From assembly GCA_964247055.1 (NCBI GenBank), contig OZ176050.1, positions 12,152,001-12,216,000 of the forward strand: a stretch of DNA of 64,000 nt, in the 5' to 3' direction. This stretch comes from Paragordius varius. Its lineage: Eukaryota > Animalia > Nematomorpha. The notes under the pieces were generated by a model, which had not been told where the DNA came from, did no database searches, and saw nothing but the letters and a program-made list of their open reading frames with translations. Position numbers and translations under genes: made by a program. Shown piece after piece: positions 39,680 to 53,289 of the stretch (position 1 is its first letter; the number at the start of each line of letters is the position of its first letter).

Positions 39680-39700
39680 ATAAAACATTATTTATGGTAA

Positions 39701-41662
39701 TCTATATATTTATAAAATGGAAAATGCTGGCTTTGTGATCTGGTACAGGAAAAACGGTAGACCCATTCAAATCCAAACTTTGAAAAAATATAATCATTAA
39801 TGAATGCCCCGACAATAGCTTCGCCCTTTTTTTTAAATAGGCCCCCAGGTCGGGCCCACTCCGTGTGAAAAATGGGTTTTGTTGATAATACAAGTCCACA
39901 AAAATCGTGTCTTTGAGACAATTATCCGGAAAACGTGTTGGACCATTCGATTTCAAATATGATTTTTTTACTTATTTTCGATTTCGCCGAACATATTCGG
40001 CTCGCTTTTTTAATTTAGGCCCTCTTTTTACTCGCTCCCTTGTAAAATGCCACTTTTTACAAACAATTTTTGATTCTATTATACGCCCAAGGTATGAGAC
40101 CGTAAAACAATGAAGATTCTAGGTATTCCCTGTTAAAAGGCAAAATTTTTAATCGTGCAATTCTTTTATATTGGCTGCTGGGTGAGGAGATACCCGCTAA
40201 AAACTGCCCCGTCATATCGAAATAGCCTGCTTTTGGGGCTGAATTTCAGAAAATCTATCATGCCATATGAGTTCAATAGTTGCTTAACATATTACCCGTA
40301 ACAAGGCAAAAATTTATGCCGTTCGGGTTTTAAGATTAGCCGTTAATTAGGCCCTTCACGCCCTGAAAAATGCGCCACTATAAAAAATTTTCCCAAAAAC
40401 TAATGAGAGCATATGGAATCAATCATGATTCCAGGAATTCTCCGTAAAGAGGCAAAAATTTTAATCAGCGCGTTTTTTATATCAGCCTCTGGGTAGGGGG
40501 CTACCCGCCAACAACTGCGCCACATATCGATACAGTGTGACTTTTGATACAGATTTTAGGAAACTTATCAGGCCATAAGAGTTCAATAAGGGCTTGAAAT
40601 ATTACCCGTAAAAAGGAAAAAATTTAAGTGGAGCGGTTTTATTAAATTACCCCTTAATTAATCCTTGCCCTAAGAAATGCGCCACCATAGAATGACTTTT
40701 TGGTTTTGAGGCAATTTTTTGAAAATCCCACGAGAGCATATGGAATCAATCATTCCAGGTATTACCCGAATTAAGGCAAACATTTTAATCGAGCGTTTTG
40801 TTTCGCCCCTGGTTAGGGGCTACCCGCATAAAACTAACACCATATCGATACAGAATGCATTTGGAGCCAAGTTACAGAAAATCTTTGAGTCTTATAGGAA
40901 CATATGGATCCATGATAATTCCAGATATTCCCCATATAATGGCAAAATTTTTGCCCGACACTTTTTTAATTCCTGCTTCTGGATAAGGAGCTACCCGTCA
41001 AAAACTGGGCCACTATATAGAAATTGCGTTGTTTTGGAGATAATTTACGGAAAATTTATGAGGCCATATGTGCATTGAAACATGAAATATTACCCGTAAC
41101 TAGGTAAAAATTAAGGTCAGGCGTTTTTTGTTAGCCGTTAATTTGGGGCCTTTATGCCCTAAAAATACGCCATCATATAACGATTTAGTGTTGAGGTATT
41201 TTTTCGAATATCCATGAAACGATGGTATCAAAGATGATTCCAAATATTTGCACTATAAAGGCAAAAATTTAACTCAGCGCTTTTTTCAAATAGGTCTATG
41301 GGTAGGGGTCTACTGATATAAAGAGACGCCATATAAAAATGGCGTGGTTTTGGAGCTAATTTTCAAAAAACTTAAGAAGCCATACGATTTTAATAAGGCT
41401 CTAAATGATACCCATAAATAGGTAAAAATTATAGTGCAGTTTTTTCCGTTAGCCGTCAATTTGGCGCCTTCACACCAGTAAACAATTTATTGGCATGAAG
41501 CCACAGTTTTGAAAATCGTATGAGATCATAACTATTAAAAAATTCTTCGAAATAATCCACATATATGGATCACAATTTAATTGATCCCTTTTTCCAAATA
41601 GCTCCCCCCAAGAAGTCCGAAAGACTTCCTCGGGCTGCGTAGCAGCACGAGATTTACGCTAA
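39701..41662 (+). mobile_element. Non-autonomous Helitron copy H2 with internal ~160-bp subrepeats
   Basis: A|TC 5' end; aligns by eye with 50715-52300. It ends in a hairpin CTCG-GCTGC-GTA-GCAGC-CGAG followed by CTAA|T at 41659-41663. Confidence 0.7.
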
Positions 41663-43167
41663 TATATAGAGTATTCATAGCTATGTATCATGCTAAGGTC
41701 TTTAATATACGCAAGTCATAAAAATTGGGGAGATATGTTTCATATTTCTAACATAAAAATTAGAGTGTTTATGCGCAGAATATGGTGCACGGTTAACTGC
41801 CAAGAATAGATCTTGACTCTATTTTATTTTATTCAGGGTGCAGCGTTTCAAAGCTGATTCCTTCTCTTTGTTAACAATCATGTAATTAATTATTTAAGCT
41901 TTGCCTAGAGTTCCTATTTAAATAATCATTTCATCGAACTTCCTCCAATAGAAAAAACGTAAAAATTATATTTGTCACTGATGTTAAATGTTCTGACTCT
42001 AATATTCATCCCGGACACGCAATTTCTTAATAGATTAATCAGTATCAAAACTCATAAAAACTTTTTTACGTAATTATTATCACAACAAAAAGTAGAGTAA
42101 GGCTTTAATTTTAGTTTTTTTCCAATCAATCGTTTGCTCTGTAATATAATCTCGAAGGGTTGGATAGGATAATTGTTCAAATACGCAAAATAATTATTTT
42201 AAAAATTATCATTATTAGGAATGCCTAAACTTAACGAAAATTAAAAGAAAATCATACAGCACAAAAATTAAGGAAATGGTTGCAATTAAATTTGCATCAT
42301 GATAGCCATTCCACTTTCCCGACAACGGCGGCCCAATATTTTCAGATAATTGTAATCCGACTACCACACCTTAAGATACTAATAATTTAACAACACCTCC
42401 CAATAACGGAACCGCAATATTTTTAGGTAATTATAAGTAAACAAAGCCTCGTAACAAAGGCGCCTCATTTTTCGACAATATCCATTCAATAAAAGGACCT
42501 TAATAATAATTATACGATAAAAAATATGGATTAAATATATAATATGCTATATTGATGTCTAGGGATACAATAACATGAAAAATTATATTTAATCTTTGTA
42601 TTATTTTTTTATGTTTTTGATACCTAAGAATTGCCACTCTTTTTCGGGCGCAAGCGATTTTTCAAAAAAACTTTTTAGTCGGGCCATGCATTTGAATGCA
42701 GGTTAATAACTGCTTTTATACAACATCTATATTTAATTAAGGCAAACTTTTCGCGCAGAAACAAATATTTTTTTTATTACTTATACATTTGCTAAACAAC
42801 CCGTCGTTTTCGAAGGAGAGGGTAGAATGTGCATATTTTTTTTCACGCGTTTTTATTGACGGGTCACATTTGTCCCGCTCACGGTTTGAATTAAATAATT
42901 TTTTAAAAGCTACGCCTCTGTCGCTCATTAAGCGCAAAGTTAAAAATTATTTTTTTTTTGAAATTATTGTTTTGCTTTATATATTTATGATATATTTTAG
43001 TTATATTTTTTGGTATGAAGCCTCTAGTTTTAACCCCAAAAAAATTTTTTTAAAAAAATGTGCCCAAATATTGCCATTTTCTGAGATAGAGACTTACCAT
43101 AAAAGTGTACCTTAAATCACTAGTCAGGGCCAAAACCAAAAACACCATGATCATCCTGATACTATCA

Positions 43168-43199
<32 letters not shown>

Positions 43200-44542
43200 C
43201 CACGGTTATTATTTTATAAACATTGTGATATTGTATTTATTGACTATTTATTTGCATTTAAAAATAATATAACTATCAATTATTTTACCTAAAAACGAAC
43301 AAAGCCGGATGGCCTAAATACTCTAAAAATCCGCAACACTCTGGAATCGCGTCCAAAGGCAAAAAATCTTGGAACCGGAACACAAAAATAATATATAATT
43401 ATGGTAATGTAAAATATGGGCCATTAATTTTAAAGCATAATAATTTCCATAATGAAAAGGCGCAAGGTTTTTTAAATCAGCAGATAACGGTTACAAAACA
43501 TACAGAATGTCAAAACTGTTGTTTGAACGCATTTTTTGGGAAAAGGTAGGCTTACTTAAATTTAATATTGAATACTTATTTTTATGCACCAAATATATTT
43601 AAGTCATCTTTCTATTCCTCCTTCCCCATGAAACTTGCGTTTTGCCTAAAAAACTATGTGTTAAAATATTAGACAATTTTTGGAAAACATATGAGATCAT
43701 ATGTATCTATTAATAAGTCTTTATGGAGTTAAATAGCGCTTTTAAATTAGCCCTCCTTAGTCCTACCTCATGTAAAATGCGCCACCAAAAAATCGTGGCA
43801 TCTAATATTTTTATGAAAAACGGGTAGCCTTCCTTTAAGCCGTTCATGGCCCAATAAATCTGCTTTTTAATGCGCTCATCATGACGCGCTACTTTTTTTG
43901 CATTAGCTCCTTCAGTTTTATTCTACCCCATTCAGTTTTTTAAAAAAATGACTCAATGGTTTATCGAGGTATTTTTTGGGGAAAGTGTTACAACTAAAAT
44001 CGATTATGGCCATTTACACTGTTTATATATGCGCCTATCCAGATTAAACCATTTATTCCCGGAAACAACCCCACACACCGTAAAAACCTTCGTTTACAAG
44101 ATTTTATTGAATTTTTGGTTGTTTATTGATTTCAAATAATATTAAAATGGTTACAAATTAGATTAGTTAAGGATTTTCTACTTATTAAAACATGTTTTTA
44201 TTGATGTTTTTTACACCAGTTTCTTATTCAGTTAATGGAAAAAAGTCACTTCACGCTTATCCTATTTTCGACTACGACGGCATAATTAAAGTTTTTTTTA
44301 CTACTTGCTAACCAAAAATTAATTAAATAAGCTTTATAAAATACCATCATAATGATGCATTAGCCTTTTTTTTGCGCACAATGCAATACCTACTAACATA
44401 TAAATAGTCTGCACTAATTAAAAATTAATTAAAACATAGATGTTTTCTCTAGTGCTTATATTTTCGTTTTCTAAATTAGCATTTGTATAGATGTTTCATA
44501 GATAAATTCATTAACCATTTTAATCAGCTTTAATTTTAGGTG

Positions 44543-46872
44543 ATGATCGATATCACAAATCCTGGATACACATTTAATGGAAGAAATGTGACCGGATTCG
44601 GGATGATAGATTTGAAATATATGAAGTTTGCTGAGATTGATATAGCAAAATTTTATAAAAATAATGCACACAATGATGTAGGCTTAACGCCTTCGTCACA
44701 TTATAGCCGGAGATTATCCACCGCAAGCACTAATTTTTTACATTCATATTCACCATCACCTCTCTTAAATTATCCAAAAACTACCTCATCATCCACATTC
44801 GATTCCCTGTGCATCTCAAATTATGAAAAAAAGTTTTCACTTACACGAGCCATCTATGTAATAGTTTTACCTATCCTACTTATAATCGGATTCGTTGGTA
44901 ACATTACGGGGCTAATTGTGATAAGCCGCATACCTAAAAGTGTGAAAAAAAATTCCAACAATTACTTTTACGTAGCTTTCATAGGGTGGCTCTTGCTACT
45001 AAGTATGCTCTTTATGATCCCCATCTATTTCGACATTGCGCACAGATGGATTCGTTCAACCGAATACACCATGAACCGGAGATGGGCAATCTATACAACC
45101 AAATATGATATTATTTTAGTGCATGTCTTTTTTGATGCAAGCATTTGGATGCAGGTTTCGGATTTAAAATTTGTGAAATAAATATATATGGTTTAGAGAG
45201 GTTGATGTGTAATTCTAACGTTAAGATTGTTAAATAACGTTCGCATTTCGAAATGTATGTGTCAATGGTAAATTGTTTAAAATTTTAATTTAAAGCATAA
45301 GAGGCAGTAATTCGCCCCTCTAATAAATATTTTTACACCTTAAAAAGATCCGTGAGATATAAATAAATTTAGCTGTTTTATCTGGCTAAAAGCTTCTATA
45401 TGAAATAAATTTAATTAGCGGCTATAATACCCCCAAAAAATTCATTATTTTAAATATAAAACTAATGATGAAAAAATCCACGTAATTAATATGCCTGAAT
45501 AAAATTTCCACCTACAATCCCATGCGATGACATTTCTTTTTATGAATGTTATACTTTTATAAATTTAGGAATTCATTAGTTTGTACCAAATTAAATAAAA
45601 GGCCCACATTAGTTTGGCTCTAAAAAGAATGATTACAACAAAACCGTAATTTCGCTCATTAATTTTTTCGATTTATATATTTAGATAAATTATTTGTAGG
45701 TCCTTCTGTTACTGGACAGATATATGAAGGCCAGATTTTACACCAAATACGATGAAGTAAGGAATGCTTGCCACTTAAATTGGACGCCATGGATCATAAT
45801 TATTTTATCATTTTTATTGAGTTGGACTACCTTTTTTTGGTATGATCCTGTTACGTGTTTTGGTGTCGATAAGTATGATATCGCAGAAAGCATTAGGCCG
45901 CCACATCGAGATTTTGTAACACTTCATGGTAATAGCATACGGTCAAAAGTTAAGATGAATAATACGCGTAATATAGCCATCTATAATTTATTCATAATTT
46001 ACATCAATTATTATAATGTGACACCTGAATTGCATGGGACACGTCCGGTTTATTTTATCCAGTTATTCAATTGTTTTGCCAAGGAATGCCTTATATTGTC
46101 CAACGATACTGGTTTCAGGTCCCTGTATCCTCAGCCCTTGAAACTAATTAAGCTGTATCGATGTGGCCTAAGGGATTTAACACCACGGGTTGTAGCGTAC
46201 GATATACTACGCATTATAATTATGATGATTATCCCGTTACTGATAAATTTATACCTTGGATTTTGTTTGACTCAACTCATAGTTACCTTTTATCGGAAAA
46301 GGAATATTATAATGACATCCGGTACACCAAATGTCCAAAAAACTAATGAAAATCTTACAACAAACACAAACGTATCAGCCATTGATTCGAATGTATCTTC
46401 AAGCAGGATGGATATAAAAAATACATCAAATTTTATGGGACCCGATACCTTGAATACTGAGAATAATTGGCTTCAGCGCAAAAAGAATCTATATCAATAC
46501 TATTATTCAGTTTTCAAATCGGATATTGATCTTATGGTACGGTATAACCGCATTAATCCAAACGCTGGTCAGCTTGGCAAAAACCAAAAAATGTCGTCAC
46601 GCAAAGCTCACAGAGCACAAAGCATACTAGTCAATTATTCGGCTCTTATATATTCTGTCATTTATATCATATTTGTGTCACCTAATGTTGTGTTGTACAT
46701 TACACGTCGCAATCTCCGTATCCTACTCTTCAAAGATTTCCAACTTTCTTATGATCTTTCTGCGATTGGGAATGTTTTAGAGGTGGCTTATGGTGCTTTT
46801 ATCATGTACATTTACATTATATTGGATAATAATATGATATCTCAAGTACGGAGATTATTAAGTTGTAAATAA
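44543..46872 (+). CDS. Rhodopsin-class (class A) peptide GPCR, FMRFamide/srw-like; exons 44543-45154, 45700-46872
   Basis: Seven hydrophobic segments: TM1 IIGFVGN, TM3 IWMQ|VLLLLDRY, TM5 IMMIIPLLINL, TM6 YIIFVSPNVV and TM7. The intron 45155-45699 is phase-0 GT-AG. The ligand class is inferred. Confidence 0.88.
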
Positions 46873-47208
46873 CTGTATAGTTTTATATGGGATATTACTC
46901 AATTTTTATAATTTTTAATCGTATTTAATTTGATGAAAGTCACATATGATCCTAATATCTTTATCGTTTGGGTATAACACATTCAAATCAATCATCAAAT
47001 TGGAATAACTTTTCAAAAAATGGATTACATTAAAATGGCAAAAGTTTGCACTTATATAACATCAATGAACCGAAATTTAAAAAAAGGATGTAATAAAACT
47101 TGATAATATTTATTTTATAAATAAACCCAAAAGTAAAAATTTAGCTAACATTATAAGTGTGCATTAAAAAAGACAACTTTATTATATCAATGGTAGATGT
47201 GATTTTAA

Positions 47209-47786
47209 CACTTGGATACAACACATTCATTTTAGTCCTTCGATTCAAATTGGGGTAGTTAAATACCCCAGGCCTGTTTAAAATTAAATTCTTTAAAAAA
47301 TATGGAAGGAATCGAAACCATGGCAAAATCTTGCACTTATATAACATTAATTAACCGAAATTTATTAAAAATTTTATTTAAAGATAATTGATATTCTTTA
47401 TTTTAAGCTAAAACCGAAAGGTTAAAATTTACCCAACGTGACATGCGTGCAATGGTAAAACTGAAAAATAATACATAAACAGCTTTTTCTATTTCTATCA
47501 ATGTTATATGTATTAAAAAATTAAAAATTAGCTTTAATTTTACCCTTAAAATTAAATGAAGACGATATTTTGCAAAAACTTTGTAATATAAAAATGGCGT
47601 CGAAGTAGTTTGACATGGAACTTTTTTTTCAAAAAAAAATTTATTTAGATATTTTGGAATATTTTTATAATTTTTATTAAAATAGAAGCATAAATTTAAA
47701 TTAAGACCGTTTCCTTCAGTAGTTTTTTAAAAATCCTAACTCAAATTCAGTCTGGGGTATTTTGATCCCCAATTTGAATCGAAGTG
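47209..47786 (+). mobile_element. piggyBac-like element, copy F (578 bp), nested at a TTAA inside older copy G (~46966-47204 + 47791-48017)
   Basis: TTAA at both ends. The flanks are consecutive degenerate parts of the same consensus, and G ends TCAAAGTG|TTAA at 48017. Confidence 0.85.
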
Positions 47787-48450
47787 TTAATATACTTCAT
47801 TTTTAGCGTGAAAAAAACATATTAAATGTTGTAAAAATGGCGTCGTAATAATTTGACAAGACATTTTTTCATAATTAAATTTTATATAGACATTTTGGCT
47901 TTTAACATAATTTTTAATTAGAAGTATAAATTAAAATGGAACCGTCTCTTTCAGTTTTTATAATATCAATAAAAATATGGTCTGTGGCGACTAGTTATCC
48001 CAATTCGAATCAAAGTGTTAACAAATACATATATTGTTTATGCTTTACTGTACAACCAAAATAACGCAACTGTTTATAATTGTAAACTTTTGATTTCATG
48101 TCCAACAATAAATTCTATTATATAAGTTCTGTTATAAGCGAGGAGCAATTAATTACAGATCTATTTGCTAAAAGTTTTGCTTTTTTGACATGTCTTGACA
48201 TAAATACGCAATGTGTAGCAAGCATTTTTATGGCAAAAATGACGTTTGAATATTAAATATTTTTTATATGTAAAATTATTTATTTCAAGCATGTGTTATA
48301 CCATTCAGAGTTCAAATTCACCCTAAAAGAATTCAAATTCATCCTAAAATAAATTGTGTTTTTTAAAATTATAAATTACATTTATTTTATAAAATTTTTA
48401 ATATATAAAATTCCGTAACTAATGTAATTCTGAAAAATTATAAACTATGT

Positions 48451-50341
48451 CGTAAAATAAAAATTGGATTCCAGGTATTCCCTGTTAAAAGGCAAATTTA
48501 GTCGTGGTTTTTTTATATTGGTTGTTGGGTAAGGAGATACCCGCTAAAAATTGCTTGGTCATATCGAAATAGAGTGCCTGGGGCTAAATTTCAAAAAAGC
48601 TATCAGGCCATATGAATTTAATAGGTGCTTAAAATATTACCCTTAAAATGGCAAAAATTTAAGTAAAGCGGTTTTATAAACTACCCCTTAACTAGGCCCT
48701 TGCCCTGAAAATGCGCCACCATAGAATGATTTTTTAGTTTTGAGGCAATATTTCTAAAAACCTATGATTATGGAATCAATTACGATTCCAGGTATTCTCC
48801 GTAAAAAGGCAAAAATTTTAATCAAGCGCTTTTTTGTATCTGCCTCTGGGTTGGGAGCTACCCACCAACAACTGCGCCACCATATCGATACAACGTGACT
48901 TTGGAGGCAAATGTGAGAAAATTTATCAGGCCATATGAATTCAATAAGGGCTTGGAATTACCTGTTAAGCAAAAATTTAAGTAGTGATGTTTTATTAAAT
49001 TACCCCCTAATTAGGCCTTTGCCTTTAAAAATGCGCCATCATAGAATGCATTTTTGGTTTTGAGGCAATTTTTTGAAAATGGCACGAGAGCATATGGAAT
49101 CAATCATGATTCCACGTATTACCAGAATTAATGCAAAAATTTTAATCGAGCGTTTTGTTTCGCCCCTGGTGAGGAGATCCACGTAAAACTGCGTCACCGT
49201 ATCGATACAGCATACTTTTGGAACCAAATTTCAGAAAACCTATGAGACTAATAGGGAAATATGAACATGATAATTCCAGATCCCCATATAAAGGCAAAAA
49301 TTTTGCCCAATGCTTTTTTATAATGACCCTGGGTTATGAGCTACCCGGCAAAACCTGCACCACTATATAGTTGCGTAGTTTTGAAGCTAATTTACAGAAA
49401 ATTTAGAAAGCTATATGAGCTCATTAAAAGCTTGAAATATTACCCGTAACTAGGTAAAAATTAAGATGCGTTTTTTTATTAGCCGCTAATTTGGGGTCTT
49501 ATGCCCTGAAAATAGGCCATTATATAACGATTATTTAGTATAGAGGTATTTTTTCTAATAACCCATGAGACGATGGTATCAAAGTTGATTCCAAATATTT
49601 GCCCTATATATATATAAGTTTTATAATTTTTGATCAAGTATTATGCAAATAAATTGATTTTTTCCCAATATATCCATATATGGACAAAGTGAAACAAAAT
49701 TTTTCTACATTGACAATTTTTTTTATCCTTATATTTTTAAGATGTATATGTCACAACGGTCATATTAAGCTTAATATGATATCCTGAGATAAAAAATACC
49801 CCCAATTTTGCACACTGTGTAAAGGCAAAGAATATAACTCAGTGCTTTTTTCATCTAGGTCTATGGGTAGGGATCTACCGGTTTAAAACTGGGACGCCAT
49901 ACGAAAATGGCGTGGTTTTGGAGCTAATTTTCAAAAACTTAAGGAGCCATACGAACTCAGTTAAACACATTACTGGGGAATCGGTATAATATCATTCTTT
50001 CCTTTAAAAAGGCACCACAAATTATTTACTTTTTATATCCCTTTATCGCAGCTGTGTGAACACAATTAAATAATACTTTTAAATATGATTACGTAAAATG
50101 AAAATCTTAAAATAAATCCAATAATAGTTGAATATTAACTCTAATAAGGTACAGTTTAAATATGGTCAATTTCGAGTCAATATTTGAGTCTATGCAAAAA
50201 CCTGTAAAAGAATAATAATTAAAGACATTCTTTTTATTAATGTTTTTTATTATTTTTTCATCTCCATTACCTCTATTTATTGAAAATTATATAGAATAAT
50301 TATTGGTGAAGGTCACAGCAAAGCGTGACAGGTCAGGCTTG
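48451..50341 (+). mobile_element. 5'-truncated Helitron copy H3
   Basis: Aligns with H2/H4; 3' hairpin GTCAC-AGCAAAGC-GTGAC followed by CTTG|T at 50338-50342. Confidence 0.75.
49608..49819 (-). mobile_element. One-ended Tc1/mariner-type fragment inserted at a TA within H3
   Basis: H4 reads CCTATAAAGGCAAAG uninterrupted, whereas H3 has ~210 extra bp there ending TTTTGCACACTGTG|TA. Confidence 0.55.
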
Positions 50342-50714
50342 TATTTATAAATATACTTGTATGTAATTAAATGATATAGGGAAAATAAGTTTTTTCAGTA
50401 TATGCAATATATTTATAAATATACTAATGGTTCAATTTTATGGTTTTTAATAACGTTCTTTAAGTACAACGTATATATATTTTAGCTGATTTTAACCGAA
50501 GTATATACATATAATCATGTTATAAGAGAACTTTTTTGTTTACTACGATTTTTTAGAGCTGTTAAGTTCGATAAGTGTATTTTGGTGTTATTAAGATGGT
50601 CTTGAATTAATTTTTGCTTCTTGAGTTAAATTATAAATTCAAGTTGGCATCGATTAACGTTTTTTAGTAATTAAATCAATTTTTTCCGATATTATAAAAT
50701 TACCAATTTAATAA

Positions 50715-52736
50715 TCTAATTTATAAAAATGGAAAATTGTGGCTTTGTGATCTGTTTCCGAAAAATTGGCAGACCCATTCAAATACAAATGTCAAAAAAA
50801 TATAATCATTAATGAATGTCCCGACTATAGCTTCGCCCCTTTTTTTGAATTAGGCCCCCAGTTCAAAAACGGTTTTTTTGAAAAGAGAAGTCCACAATCG
50901 TGTCTTTGAGACAATGTTCCGGAGAACGTGTTAAACCATTCGATTTCAAATATGTATTTTTTTACTTATTTTCGATTGCGCCGAACACAGTCGGCTCGCT
51001 TTTTTTATTTAGGCCCTCGTTTTACCCGCTCCCCCCGTAAAATTCAGTTTTTTTCAAAAAAAAATAAGTCCACAAAATAATTTTTTGAATCTATTTTTCT
51101 CCCAAAGTATGAGACCGTAAAAATTCAATTAGGATTTCGGGTATTCCCTAAAAGGCAAAATTTTTTGTCAAGCGTTTCTTTGATGATAGCTGCTGGGTAA
51201 TACCCGCCTAAAACTGCGCCACCATATCAAAATTGCGTTGTTTTGGATTTAATTTTCAGATACTTATTAGGCCATATAAATTTAATAATGGCCTGAAATA
51301 TTACCCGTAAAAAGGCAGAAATTTACGAGCGATTAGCCATTGAGGCCCTCTACGCCCTAAAAAATGCGCTATCAATGAACTATTATTTAGTTTTGAAGCC
51401 ATTCTTCCAAAAACTATTAAGAACATATGGAATGAATGATGATTCCAGGCATTCCCCTATAAAGGCAAATTTTTTTTGAACGTCTTTATTATATTGGCCT
51501 CTGGGTGGTACCCGCCAACACCTGCCCCACTATATCGATACAGCGTGACTGAGGCAAATTAAAATTTATCAGGCCATATTTTAATAAGGGCTGGAAATAT
51601 TACCCGTAAAAATGCAAAAATTAAAGTAGAGCGGTTTAATTATATTACCCCTTAATTAGGCTTTTGCCCTAAAAAATGCGCCACCAAAGAAGGACTTTTT
51701 GGTTTTTAGTCAATTTTTCGAAAATCCCACAGCATATCGATCATGATTCCAGGTATTACCCGAATTAAGGCAATTTAATCGAGCGTTTTTTTGTTTCGCC
51801 CCTAATTAGGGGCTACCCGCCTATAACTGAGCCACCTTATCGATACAGCATGCCTTTATAGTCAAATTTCAGAAAACCTATGTGTCTAATAGGAACAGAT
51901 GAAATCCATGATTTCCCATATAATGGCAAAATTTTGCTCAACGCTTTTTTTACACCTGCCCCTGTGTAAGAAGCTACTCGCCAGAAACTGAGCATAGAAA
52001 TGGCGTTGGGCTAATTTACAGAAAATTTATAAAGCCATATGTCATTAAAAGATTGAAATATTTCCCGTAACCAGATAAAAAAGGTCAAGCGTTCTTTAAT
52101 CAGCCGTTAATTTGGGGCCTTTATGCCCCTACGCCATCATATAACAAAGTGTTGAGGTATTTTTTCGAATAACCCATGAGACTATGGTATCCAAGATCCA
52201 AATATTTGTCCTATAAAGGCAAAGAATACAACTCAGCGCTTTTCCATATAGGTCTATGGGTAGGGGTCTACCGGTTTAAAACTGAGACGCCATACAAAAA
52301 TGGCGTGGTTTTGGAGGTGATTTAAAAACTTAAGAAGACACACGAGTTCAGTTAAACACATTTCTGGCAAATTTGTATATCATTCTTTCCTTTAAAAAGG
52401 GACCAAAAATCAGTTACTTTTTATATCCCTTGATCCCATCTGTGTGAACACAATTTTTAAAATAAAACTTTTAACCATAATTTCGTAAAACGAAAATTTT
52501 AAATTAAATTCAATGATATTTGAATATTAACTTTCATAATGGTCAGTTTAAATATGGTCAATTTAGACCAAACAATATTTGAGCCTATGCAAAAACCCGT
52601 AAAAGAATAATTTAAAACATTTTTTTATTTAATATGCTTTTCATTATTTTATCTCCATTACCTCTATTTATTGCAAATTATTAAAAATAATTATCGGTGA
52701 GACAACGTCACAGCGAAGCGTTACAGGGCCAGCTAG
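50715..52736 (+). mobile_element. Full-length non-autonomous Helitron copy H4 (2022 bp)
   Basis: A|TCTAATTTATAAAAATGG ... GTCAC-AGCGAAGC-GTTAC ... CTAG|T. The A/T insertion site has no TSD. No RepHel ORF is present. Confidence 0.82.
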
Positions 52737-53289
52737 TTTTAATATAAAATTTAATTCGTCAAAAATACTCTCACCTTTTCATTTAAGAACTTGTCAATAT
52801 GCCGCATTATTAACATTATCTTTTAAACTGTAATTTCACGTTTATTTTCTGATATGATATCCCGCATTTATATATTAATTGCTAATCGTGTTTTAGTAAA
52901 TGCCTTCCCAAATTTATTATCACATTATTATCAATTTTAACTTTTAGTAATAAAAATTAGCAAATGGTAAACATATTATATTGAACATTCAAACTTTCTT
53001 ACCATAGTGGATTATAATAATCTAGGATATTTCGTGTGGTTTTTTTTCTTTCTAAAATAGAAGTTTGATTTATATTGATATACACACACATACAATGATG
53101 TTTTTTGATTTTAAAAATAATTTATTTTGACGACACATAGCACAAAATTTTAATTTTATTACTAATCGATATATTTAGTAAACAACATAAGTTATAATAA
53201 ATCAATTCCTAAATTCCCACTATTATAATAAGTATAGTAAATTTTCTATATTTCAACTAGATTTTTATTAATTTAGCTAAAATCTTTTA

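Noticed and set aside
40719-41078. ORFs inside Helitron copies (also 38633-40113) as Rep/helicase or captured genes
   Set aside because: They are chance frames through the subrepeat array with no Rep or PIF1 motifs, and they are not conserved as ORFs between copies.
42250-44300. Moderately GC-rich patches and short ORFs (42737-43115, 43948-44139)
   Set aside because: No recognisable protein motifs or paired TIR/TSD were found; they look like old repeat debris, partly related to the Helitron subrepeats.
21196-47347. Recurring ORF 'LILNRPGV..YPNLNRRTKM' (21196, 21376, 24165, 47141) as a small gene family
   Set aside because: It is a translation of the piggyBac-like MITE terminus, not a host gene.
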